64,000 nt of DNA, taken from positions 160,001 to 224,000 of the forward strand of contig OY969926.1 in the NCBI GenBank assembly GCA_963704645.1. Reading direction: 5' to 3'. Positions 20,154 through 28,900 of the stretch are shown one piece after another (position 1 is the stretch's first letter; each line of letters begins with the position of its first letter). The stretch comes from an uncultured bacterium (GTDB lineage Bacteria; Patescibacteriota; JACMRA01). The position numbers were made by a program, and so were the translations under genes. The notes below the pieces were generated by a model, which was not told the origin of the DNA, did no database searches, and worked only from the letters and a program-made list of their open reading frames with translations.

Positions 20154-20474
20154 CTAAGGTTTTTTATCGTATTTAGATTCTGCGCTTTCACTAGCTACTA
20201 ATTTAACATAATTTTTTGCTTCTTGATCACTAATTTTATCTCCTTCAGTTATACTTGCTATATAGTCTGGATTTTCAGTTTTTCTTAGTGAATCTCGCAT
20301 CTCATTTGCAGACACAGATCTGGCAAGATTGTTTGAAGAAATGGTTGAGTTTTTGGACTGGAAAAAGAGTGATATAGCTATTATTCCAGCCAAAACTGCA
20401 AAAGAAATAACTCCGAATACTAACAACTTTCTAAATTTATTTGAACCAGTAAAATTACTATAAGAATTAAACAT
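20154..20474 (-). CDS. N-terminal TM segment of the Rhs gene, split from the body by a 1-nt frameshift in an A6 tract
   Basis: TM followed by ...YDKKP*; adding one A at 20160-20165 gives DKKTLEDK... continuous into the Rhs ORF. Confidence 0.85.
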   Translation of the reverse strand: MFNSYSNFTGSNKFRKLLVFGVISFAVLAGIIAISLFFQSKNSTISSNNLARSVSANEMRDSLRKTENPDYIASITEGDKISDQEAKNYVKLVASESAESKYDKKP

Positions 20475-20553
20475 ATATATATATAAGCATCAAAGTACGT
20501 GCAGACTATATACATTGTCAATTAGATAATAATAATTATAATAATAATTTACC

Positions 20554-21162
20554 TTAAATCAAATCCAACAAATTTTGTTTGGTGTTTATATTTCCAATAG
20601 TTTTATTAAACTTAGCCCTCCAGTTTTGTATGTCTTTACTTGACAGTGATCTCCAGTTGGCAATTAACCAAGTTTTAACTTTACTGCCAGAATATTCTTT
20701 TACTACTCTGTTCCACCAATTTAAATGACTGTTGCCCCAAATTGTATTAACTTTCCAGTTAGGTAAATCGGTGAAGCCTATGGACCAAATAATCTTTTCA
20801 TTGAATACACCTTTAATTTGCCCTTGCACAACTTTATATGAAAAACCTCTGGTTAAAACTGACTCTAGGAAATATTTAATTTTAGATGGAACTTGGCCTA
20901 AACTTATTGGATATATAAAAATAATCAGATCAGCTCTTTGAAACCTAATTTGGTACTCAATAATTGTGCTGTCTTTGGGCGTAGTAGCTTGAAAAAAGCT
21001 ATCGGAAACATCTTCATCTAAATTTAATAAATCTACATTAAATTCGTTTAACTGAAAGTCTTCTAAAATATCTTTTACAAGGTCGGTCATCTCTTCCTCA
21101 CGGGAATTAGAAGCAGTGTTTAAATTCACTGTAACTATAAAAACCTTACCCACTTTGTTCAT
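20554..21162 (-). CDS. Flavodoxin-like fold NAD(P)H dehydrogenase (quinone) family protein
   Basis: EYQIRFQRADLIIFIYPI...VPSKIKYFLESVLTRGFSY. Confidence 0.8.
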   Translation of the reverse strand: MNKVGKVFIVTVNLNTASNSREEEMTDLVKDILEDFQLNEFNVDLLNLDEDVSDSFFQATTPKDSTIIEYQIRFQRADLIIFIYPISLGQVPSKIKYFLESVLTRGFSYKVVQGQIKGVFNEKIIWSIGFTDLPNWKVNTIWGNSHLNWWNRVVKEYSGSKVKTWLIANWRSLSSKDIQNWRAKFNKTIGNINTKQNLLDLI

Positions 21163-21201
21163 GCTTAAAAATTAACATAAAAATTGAATTTAGCAAGTAT
21201 T

Positions 21202-21230
21202 TTGACATTCAACATGTTATGCAATACAAT
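21202..21230 (+). promoter_or_regulatory. Sigma70 promoter
   Basis: TTGACA-17 nt-TACAAT. Confidence 0.7.
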
Positions 21231-21269
21231 TATATAATCTTAACAGAGCACAAAACACAAATAAATATT

Positions 21270-21440
21270 ATGGCTATTATTAAACAAAAATACGACAACT
21301 CTAAAGTAAGATTTAATCATGTTCTCACTTTAATAAAAGAATTAGAATTGTGTTACTGTCTGCACGATGACTTAATTCCAGCTCACAACAGAGCTATCAA
21401 AGAAGAATTAGCAAGGATGTCCGATTTCATTTACGTTTAG
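21270..21440 (+). CDS. Small hypothetical protein (56 aa)
   Basis: ATG downstream of a near-consensus promoter; MAIIKQKYDNSK... Confidence 0.55.
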   Translation: MAIIKQKYDNSKVRFNHVLTLIKELELCYCLHDDLIPAHNRAIKEELARMSDFIYV

Positions 21441-21621
21441 AAATTGGAGTTTCAGATTAAATTTGAAAATTACTTGCCTGCTCGGCACTGTAATTAATTT
21501 ATGACATCTCTAATAATTAACATAATTGAGACAGCCTGATTTTTAATAGTTGAGCAGTACTTTAAATCAGTTTAGATCTAATTTATATATAGAAAACGGA
21601 TATAAGATTTTAAATATTATT

Positions 21622-22191
21622 CTAATAAAACTCTGTAATATTTAAAACTGCTAACCAGCTGGCTGCAATTTCTCTTATAACTTGGCTACAAATTATTGGA
21701 GAGCAAGAATCTTCAGCTTCAACAGGAATTACTTCCAAACCAAAGTTTTTACATAAAACAGAAGCCCTTGCCAAATGATAAGCCTGACTTACAAGATACA
21801 AAGACTTAAAATTATATTCTTCAGACGCTCTTTTACAAGAATTAAAAGTTCTTATCCCCCCAGCATCTTCCAAAATAATATTAGCTGGCACACCATTTTT
21901 TACAAGATAGTTTTTCATTGCTAAAGGTTCATTGTAATAAACATCTCTATTATCACCAGACACCAAAATACGATTAATATTTTTTTCTCTATAAATTTGA
22001 ATGGTTTTATCTAAACGCAATTGCAAGATTTTACTTGGCTGGCCATTTAATATTCCAGCACCCAAAACCATGACCGAATTTGGAGAGTTTAAATCTGTAC
22101 CTTTTAAAACAAAAGTTTCCACAGTGAAAGCCCAAAATGGAAGAAAAATTACTACTAAAATTACTATCAATGCTTTAACCAAATATTTCAT
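21622..22191 (-). CDS. SanA/YdcF (DUF218) family protein
   Basis: VLGAG...LQLRLD...ILVSGDN...YNEPLAMKNYL...EDAGGIRTFNS...SQAYHLARA...IRE. Confidence 0.9.
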   Translation of the reverse strand: MKYLVKALIVILVVIFLPFWAFTVETFVLKGTDLNSPNSVMVLGAGILNGQPSKILQLRLDKTIQIYREKNINRILVSGDNRDVYYNEPLAMKNYLVKNGVPANIILEDAGGIRTFNSCKRASEEYNFKSLYLVSQAYHLARASVLCKNFGLEVIPVEAEDSCSPIICSQVIREIAASWLAVLNITEFY

Positions 22192-22198
22192 TAATTTT

Positions 22199-22274
22199 AG
22201 AATAGTGATCAATGTACAGCATGTCAAAAAACACCTAAAATTAAATTGACAAAGGAAATTGGTTTAGGCAAAGT
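22199..22274. promoter_or_regulatory. Divergent sigma70 promoters for the SanA-like gene and dnaE (both probably leaderless)
   Basis: Minus strand: TTGACA(22227)-17-TATTCT, ATG 7 nt later; plus strand: TTGACA(22246)-17-CAAAGT, ATG 6 nt later. Confidence 0.6.
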
Positions 22275-22280
22275 TAGGGT

Positions 22281-25130
22281 ATGTTTCTGGCTAGATCATT
22301 TTCCCACCACTCACTTCTTTCCAGCATTCCACAAGTTCCAGCTTTAATTAAAAATGCCAAGGAAAAGGGCTATACCAGCATTGCCCTAACCGATGAAGAT
22401 ACTGGCTCTGGGTTGATTGAATTTTATGATATCTGCAAAAAGGAAGGTATAAAACCAGTTTTGGGTGCAACCCTTAGAATTCCAAATTTCGGCCAAGAAA
22501 AAAACGTATTTGGTAGAAACGCCAGTTTCAGTAAAATTGCTATTCTGGCTAAAAACGAAAACGGCTACAGAGCTTTGCTGGAATTAATTTCTACTGCCAG
22601 AACAATTCAAGAACAACCAACTTACCACATAACTTTTGATAATTTAGAAAAATTTGTTCAACCAAACGAGGCGGAGATAAGTTTAGAAAATAAAATAAAT
22701 TTAGACTTTTTTATTTTTCTTGGTGGAAATGATCACGAAATTATTCAACTGGTCAGAGCAAACAAAATTCAGCAAGCAAAAGTAGTTTTAGAAAAATATT
22801 GGCAGAAGTTTGGATCTGCAAATATATTACTAGGGCTAGCTTTTCCGCTAATTGATGAAAGTGAAGATGAGGTTAAGAAAATAAATTTGGAATTAAATCA
22901 ACTATGTAAAGCTTTACAAATTAAAGTACTAGCTAGTCCTGATCCCAGGTATTTGGAAGAGGATGACGAAGAAGCTTTTAAAGTAGTTCTTGCCATTAGG
23001 GAACAAAAAAAATTGTCAGAAATTAATTTAACCCGACACTTTAGCTTACCCAGTGTAGAAAAACTGAAGGCTAATTTCGGCTATCTTCCTGAAGCTGTAG
23101 AAACAAATTTGATTGAAGAGCAAATTAACATTGAAATTCCAACCAGCTTCGATAAAAATGCTGATGGAGCCTACTTCCCAATTTACATTCTACCCGAAAA
23201 CGAAAACCCAGCAGACAAACTTGCTTGGGAAAGTTACATAGGCTTGCTGGACCGATTCGCACCCGAAAAACTTGGCAGGCAAGAATGGGCAGAAAAATTT
23301 CCTTACGAAAAGCTAGTCGAACTAAAAAGTTTTGTTACCAATTTAACCCCAAATTCTAAAGATTTGCCTGGTTACCCTGAAGAATATTGGGGGAATAGAG
23401 AACAAATGCATATTTACATTGAACGCACAGAAACCGAGTTGGAAGTTATTGTTACAAAAGGTTACGCTGATTACTTTTTGGTGTTCGCTGATATCATGCA
23501 ATTTTGCAGAAATAATGGAATTGTTATTAATACTCGTGGTTCTGCAGCTGGTTGCTTGGTTGGTTTTTTAACAGGAATAAATATTTTAGATCCTCTTCTT
23601 TATAATTTACCTTTTGAAAGATTTTTAAATCCATTTAGACCTTCACCTCCAGATATTGACGGAGATTTTGCAGACGATAGGCGTGGAGAAGTAATTGATT
23701 ATATTACAAAGAAATATGGTAACCATAAAGTATGCCAAATTGTAACTTTTGGAACCATGTTGCCCAAAGCTGCGGTACGAGATGTAGGTAGAGTTTTAGG
23801 AATTTCTTATGGAAAATGTGATAGATTATCTAAGCTTATTCCAACAGCACCTCAGGGTAGAAAAACTAACTTTAAATGGGCCTTTGAAACCAGCGAAGAA
23901 TTAACACAAGCTTATGAAAAAGATGAAGAAGTTAGAAGAATGATTGATATTGCTAAAAAGGTTGAAGGGAACTATAGGCACGCTTCTGTTCACGCCGCAG
24001 GTGTTATTATTGCACCCGACAAATTAACCAAATTTGCACCTTTACAGTGGGACTCTGAACACCAAATGATTATTTGCCAATACGATATGCGTGTTGCTGA
24101 AAAAGCAGGTTTGGTAAAAATGGATATTCTAGGAATTACGAACCTTTCTATTTTAGGAAATGCAGTGCAACTAGCCCAAGAAAGACACAACATTCATATT
24201 GATCTACAAAAAATTGATACCACCAATAAACAGTCTTTTGAACTGTTAGCCAAAGGTAGAACCATGGGAACTTTTCAGCTTTCAGGACCAACCATGACTA
24301 GATATTTGGTAGATTTAGAGCCAACCAAGGTTCAAGATTTAATGGCTATGGTAGCATTATATCGTCCTGGGCCTATGGGCAGTATTCCTGAATATATTCG
24401 CCGTAAAAAAAATCCTAAGCTAGTAAAATATATTGTTCCGCAAATGGAAAAATGGATGGCTCCAAGCTTTGGTATTTTTGTTTATCAAGAAGATTTACTT
24501 TTTACAGCTATTGAACTAGCAGGATACGACTGGGGTAAAGTAGATGTTTTAAGAAAGGGAATGGGTAAAAAAATTCAATCAGTTATAGATGAACAAAAAC
24601 CTATATTTATTGAAGGTGCTATCCAAAAATCTGGTTTAAGCCGGGAGAAAGCAACAGAAATTTGGGAACTTATGGTGCCCTTTGGTGCATATGGTTTTAA
24701 CAAAGCTCACTCTTCTAATTATGGCATGGTGGCATATTGGACGGCATACATGAAGGCAAATTATTCTGTAGAATTTATGACAGCTTTAATGACCAGCGAA
24801 GCCAGTGATTTAGACAAAATTGCCACTGCAATTAAAGAGTGTAAAGAGCTTGGACTAACTGTACTTCCCCCAGATGTAAATTTATCTTATAATTCTTTCA
24901 CTATAGAAAATAACAAAACTATAAGATACGGCCTTGCCAGTGTTAAAAATTTAGGGAAAGACGTAATTGCCTTTCTAACTAATGAGCGAAAAACTAATGG
25001 AAACTTTATTAGTTTAGAAGATTTTGTTCAGAGGTTAAGTGCCAACAAAGGTTTCAGTAAAAGATCTTTGGAAGCTCTAATTTGGTCTGGTGCGTTAGAC
25101 TCACTAGGCGCTAAAAAATTGAGGACTTAG
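22281..25130 (+). CDS. dnaE: DNA polymerase III alpha subunit, C-terminally truncated
   Basis: PHP-like N-terminus, RGSAAG, FERFLNP, PDIDGDF, HAAGVII, KMDILG, LYRPGP, YGFNKAH, ends after the HhH region SGALDSL. Confidence 0.95.
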   Translation: MFLARSFSHHSLLSSIPQVPALIKNAKEKGYTSIALTDEDTGSGLIEFYDICKKEGIKPVLGATLRIPNFGQEKNVFGRNASFSKIAILAKNENGYRALLELISTARTIQEQPTYHITFDNLEKFVQPNEAEISLENKINLDFFIFLGGNDHEIIQLVRANKIQQAKVVLEKYWQKFGSANILLGLAFPLIDESEDEVKKINLELNQLCKALQIKVLASPDPRYLEEDDEEAFKVVLAIREQKKLSEINLTRHFSLPSVEKLKANFGYLPEAVETNLIEEQINIEIPTSFDKNADGAYFPIYILPENENPADKLAWESYIGLLDRFAPEKLGRQEWAEKFPYEKLVELKSFVTNLTPNSKDLPGYPEEYWGNREQMHIYIERTETELEVIVTKGYADYFLVFADIMQFCRNNGIVINTRGSAAGCLVGFLTGINILDPLLYNLPFERFLNPFRPSPPDIDGDFADDRRGEVIDYITKKYGNHKVCQIVTFGTMLPKAAVRDVGRVLGISYGKCDRLSKLIPTAPQGRKTNFKWAFETSEELTQAYEKDEEVRRMIDIAKKVEGNYRHASVHAAGVIIAPDKLTKFAPLQWDSEHQMIICQYDMRVAEKAGLVKMDILGITNLSILGNAVQLAQERHNIHIDLQKIDTTNKQSFELLAKGRTMGTFQLSGPTMTRYLVDLEPTKVQDLMAMVALYRPGPMGSIPEYIRRKKNPKLVKYIVPQMEKWMAPSFGIFVYQEDLLFTAIELAGYDWGKVDVLRKGMGKKIQSVIDEQKPIFIEGAIQKSGLSREKATEIWELMVPFGAYGFNKAHSSNYGMVAYWTAYMKANYSVEFMTALMTSEASDLDKIATAIKECKELGLTVLPPDVNLSYNSFTIENNKTIRYGLASVKNLGKDVIAFLTNERKTNGNFISLEDFVQRLSANKGFSKRSLEALIWSGALDSLGAKKLRT

Positions 25131-25158
25131 AAATTGGTTACTTGAAACTTATAGCCCA

Positions 25159-25881
25159 TTACTTAGATTCTAAAGCCGGAAAAGGAGATACAATTTCAGC
25201 CAGTGTGTTTGCACTGGTATATTTCTTAGTCTCCACAACTGGCTCAGCTTGCACTTTCTGTACAGGTTTGACCTCTTCCTCTTTTGCCTTGCTGTCTGAC
25301 ACCTGAATCTCGTCTGATTTTGGATTGCTCTCTTCAACTGGTTTTTCCTTCGCAGCTATTTCTCTTCTACCAAAAGTCTGAGCTACGAAAATAGTTGGAA
25401 AATCGTTTAAAGTTCCATATTCCACAGCAAGACCAGTCTCTACAAAACCACTATTTAAAATGTTGTCTCTGTGGGTTGGAGAATTCATCCAAGCCTCTAC
25501 CATACTTTCTACACTGTCATAACCATTAGCTAAGTTTTCCCCAGCCTCAACATATACATATCCTGCCTCTTTAATAAAGTTAGACCACTTTCTTCCATCT
25601 ACAGGTGACACATGTGAAAAGTATTTTTTATCTGACATGTCTTTAGCCTTGTTTCCTGCCGCCACCATTAACTGATCATTAACAATTAAAGGCTTCAGAT
25701 TGTTTTTAATTCTTTCCTGATTTACAGCTACAATAATTTGATTAGCACTATAGCCTTCTGCCTTGGCAATTTTGGTAGTTTTACTGCTTTCAAATAACAA
25801 GAAACTAAACACAGTTAAAGCTAACAGGCAGGATATTGCTGTTAGCCATATAAGCCATTTTGTGTTTGTTTTGTTGGTCAT
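25159..25881 (-). CDS. CAP (SCP) domain protein, membrane-anchored
   Basis: VNQERIKNNL...YFSH...AGENLA...AWMNSPTHRDNIL. Confidence 0.92.
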   Translation of the reverse strand: MTNKTNTKWLIWLTAISCLLALTVFSFLLFESSKTTKIAKAEGYSANQIIVAVNQERIKNNLKPLIVNDQLMVAAGNKAKDMSDKKYFSHVSPVDGRKWSNFIKEAGYVYVEAGENLANGYDSVESMVEAWMNSPTHRDNILNSGFVETGLAVEYGTLNDFPTIFVAQTFGRREIAAKEKPVEESNPKSDEIQVSDSKAKEEEVKPVQKVQAEPVVETKKYTSANTLAEIVSPFPALESK

Positions 25882-26528
25882 TACTTTTTAAATAAAATGT
25901 TTTCAATTTCTTCTGCCGAATCTACCAAATAGAATAAACTCATAATATCTGCAGCAACTGTTTTTCTACTTTTCAATAAAATGTTTTGTATCCATTCAAT
26001 GTAACCTACCCAGAAACTACTTTCAAACAAGAAAATTGGTTTACTTGGGTATTTGTTAGTTTTAATCAGGGTTAATAATTCCATTAATTCATCCAAGGTG
26101 CCAATTCCACCAGGACAAAATATAAATGCGTCGCTTTGCCTAAGCATATATTTTCTTACCGAAAATTGAGTAAATATAATAGAAGTATCGGCATCTTCCA
26201 TAGCCAATGGTTCATCTGGAATATCTATACAAAAAGCCACAGCCTTTCCACCAGCCAACCTAGAACCAAGCAATGCCGCTTTCATAATTCCAGGCCCGCC
26301 GCCAGAAACAACACTCCAACCTTTGGAAGCAACCATTTTTGCTATTTGTTGAACGTTTTCAAAAGTGCTTTCCTCCGACTTAATTAAGGAGCCACCATAA
26401 AAGGTTACAGTCTTGCTGGCCAGAGTGTTTAAAGCCAACATTCCCAACTTATATTCATCATTAATTTTGTGTAAAAGATAAAACTGATCCTCGCTTAAAG
26501 TCTCGTTTTGTAGGTTTATCTGATTCAT
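25881..26528 (-). CDS. LOG family protein (TIGR00730-like)
   Basis: SGGGPGIMKAA...FSVRK...PGGIGTLDELME. Confidence 0.92.
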   Translation of the reverse strand: MNQINLQNETLSEDQFYLLHKINDEYKLGMLALNTLASKTVTFYGGSLIKSEESTFENVQQIAKMVASKGWSVVSGGGPGIMKAALLGSRLAGGKAVAFCIDIPDEPLAMEDADTSIIFTQFSVRKYMLRQSDAFIFCPGGIGTLDELMELLTLIKTNKYPSKPIFLFESSFWVGYIEWIQNILLKSRKTVAADIMSLFYLVDSAEEIENILFKK

Positions 26529-26534
26529 AATTTA

Positions 26535-26563
26535 ATTATACCATAGATGTAGTAGCTGGGCAA
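26535..26563 (-). promoter_or_regulatory. Sigma70 promoter with extended -10, leaderless LOG gene
   Basis: TTGCCC-17-TATAAT (TG at -15/-14), ATG 6 nt downstream. Confidence 0.65.
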
Positions 26564-26629
26564 TAAAAACCTGTAGATTAGGGAAACATATCTTGACAAA
26601 CCAACTTTAAAATACAAAATTACATTTAT

Positions 26630-27157
26630 ATGCACCCACACAATTTATATTTTCTACCTTCTGGGGAAGTAAACAAATTTAATGTGATAATTGAAATTCC
26701 TTACGGAAGTCAGAACAAATACGAATTAGACCCAGAAACAGGAGCTCTATTTTTAGACAGAGTTTTATACTCTTCTGAATTTTACCCTTTTAACTATGGC
26801 TTTATTCCTTCAACCAAAGCTCCAGACGGCGATGCTTTAGATGTTGCTGTTTTACTTACAAATCCGGTCCCTCCAAACACTGTTGTTGTATCTAGAGCTA
26901 TTGGAATTTTAAAGAAAATTGATTCCGGCGACCAAGACGATATGATTTTAGCTGTACCAGTTAACGACCCAAGATTTAAAGATATTACAGATTACACTCA
27001 GTTGCCAGCACATAAACTTTTGGAAATTGAAGATTTCTTTGCGAACTACAAAAGACTACAGAATAAGAAGTGTGAAATTGTGGGATTTGCAGGAAAAATA
27101 GAGGCTGAACAAGAAATTGCTAGACATTTAAATAATTACCCTTCATTTAAAAAATAA
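26630..27157 (+). CDS. ppa: Inorganic pyrophosphatase (family I)
   Basis: IEIPYGSQNKYE...LDRVL...YPFNYGFIPST...DGDALD. Confidence 0.96.
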   Translation: MHPHNLYFLPSGEVNKFNVIIEIPYGSQNKYELDPETGALFLDRVLYSSEFYPFNYGFIPSTKAPDGDALDVAVLLTNPVPPNTVVVSRAIGILKKIDSGDQDDMILAVPVNDPRFKDITDYTQLPAHKLLEIEDFFANYKRLQNKKCEIVGFAGKIEAEQEIARHLNNYPSFKK

Positions 27158-27161
27158 CATT

Positions 27162-27386
27162 ATGAACACACAAGATATACTACTTTGGGGCCAAGGAATT
27201 ACATTAGTACTTTCTATTGTCCTAATTTTAATGCAAAACCGCGGAGCCAGTTTAGACAGTGCTTTCGGCGGAAGAAACGAAATCTATTTAACCCGAAGAG
27301 GTATTGAAAAAAGCGTTGTAAATCTTACAACTATAGCTGTTGTATCCTTCGTAGTTTTAAGAATTTTAAGTCTTTATATAGTTTAA
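27162..27386 (+). CDS. secG: Preprotein translocase subunit SecG
   Basis: Two TMs, ILMQNRGASLDSAFGG...RRGIEK. Confidence 0.9.
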   Translation: MNTQDILLWGQGITLVLSIVLILMQNRGASLDSAFGGRNEIYLTRRGIEKSVVNLTTIAVVSFVVLRILSLYIV

Positions 27387-27719
27387 GTTAGCTAGAAATA
27401 GTATATTGTGATGAAGTCTGTGACTCGATCGCATAATTTGGTGTTTGTGTAAACAATGGTATTTAGTTGCGAGCAAAGCTCAAGAACAACTCACCACTAT
27501 TTCAGTTTGCATAGTGTAATAAATATAAACTTTTTCATACGATGTATAGAGTCTAGCGTAAATTGAGTTTATAGAATTAGAGATGTTTCCATTTCTAAAG
27601 CTTTTAAAAAGAGTATATATTTTTTTGAAACTTAATACAACAATTTTGCATAGTCATAATTGCAAAAGTAATCTTCTTGACAAGATAATTACTGAATACC
27701 ATGTTTAGAGAACAAGTAT

Positions 27720-28898
27720 ATGTCCGAAACAAGCCAAAAACAACCTACAATGGCAGATTTGCTGCTTCATGTAGAAAAAGCCCTATCTGTATCTATTGGT
27801 GAAACCGTAAAAGGTAAAGTATTTTTTATTTCTAAAAGCCAAGTTCTAATTGATTTAGAAAACTTTGGAATTGGAGTAGTAAGAGGAAGAGAATTATATA
27901 ACGAAGAATATCTTTCCAGATTAAAATTGGAAGAAGAAATTGAAGCTGTTGTTGTAGATTTAGACAACGAAATGGGAATGGTAGAATTAAGTTTCCGCGC
28001 TATTGGACACGACAAAGTTTGGTCTGAAATTAAAGAAAATTACGAAGGAGAAAAAATTATTGATGCAAAAATTAAAGACGCCAACAGAGGAGGTTTCCTT
28101 GTAAAAGTTAACGGTGTAGACGGTTTCTTACCTGCTTCATTGCTTTCCCCTACCCACGCTGTTAAGCAAAACAGCGTTGAAGATAAAAGTATTTTGAACC
28201 AAATGAAAAAATATGTTGGTCAAATTTTTAAAGTTAAAATTATTAGTATTAACCCTGATGCCGACACTTTCATTGTTTCAGAAAAAGCTGTAAGCGACGA
28301 AATGGCTCAAGCCAAATTATCTAAGTACAATGTTGGAGATGTTATTGAAGGTACAGTTGTTGGCTCTGTAGACTTTGGTGTTTTTGTAAGATTCGATAAA
28401 GATTTAGAAGGTTTAGTTCATATTTCAGAAATTGCTTGGAAGAAAATTGAAGATCCTAAAACTGAATTTAAAATTGGCGACCCAGTTAAGGCTAAAATTG
28501 TTGAAATTGATAAAGAAAATAGAATTAACTTATCTGTTAAACAGCTTCTTCCTAACCCTTGGGTAGAATTTGCTAAAACTGTTAAACCAGGAGACAAATT
28601 TGCTGGAACTGTAAGCAAAATTGTTACTTACGGAGCAATAATTGTTAACGACGAAGATATTCAAGCTTTGTGCCATATTTCTCAACTAAGCAAAACACCT
28701 CTAGAAAGCCCAGCTAAAATTCACGAAGTTCTTAGAATTGGAGAAAAGAAAGACTTTACAGTTTTATCTATTGATTCAGACGAAAAGCTATATCTTACAT
28801 TATTAGACTTAGCAGAAGCCAAAGCCATTCAAGATGATATAACTGCTAAACAAAAAGAAAGACAAGATAATTCTGAAAACTTCAACGAAGAAAGCTAA
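27720..28898 (+). CDS. rpsA: 30S ribosomal protein S1 (four S1 domains)
   Basis: NRGGFLV...GFLPAS; DFGVFV...EGLVHISEIAW; repeated S1 motifs. Confidence 0.9.
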   Translation: MSETSQKQPTMADLLLHVEKALSVSIGETVKGKVFFISKSQVLIDLENFGIGVVRGRELYNEEYLSRLKLEEEIEAVVVDLDNEMGMVELSFRAIGHDKVWSEIKENYEGEKIIDAKIKDANRGGFLVKVNGVDGFLPASLLSPTHAVKQNSVEDKSILNQMKKYVGQIFKVKIISINPDADTFIVSEKAVSDEMAQAKLSKYNVGDVIEGTVVGSVDFGVFVRFDKDLEGLVHISEIAWKKIEDPKTEFKIGDPVKAKIVEIDKENRINLSVKQLLPNPWVEFAKTVKPGDKFAGTVSKIVTYGAIIVNDEDIQALCHISQLSKTPLESPAKIHEVLRIGEKKDFTVLSIDSDEKLYLTLLDLAEAKAIQDDITAKQKERQDNSENFNEES

Positions 28899-28900
28899 TT

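Noticed and set aside
25110-25310. Frameshifted continuation of dnaE through the A6 tract near its end
   Set aside because: The -1 frame is the antisense of the CAP gene and shows no DnaE C-terminal motifs
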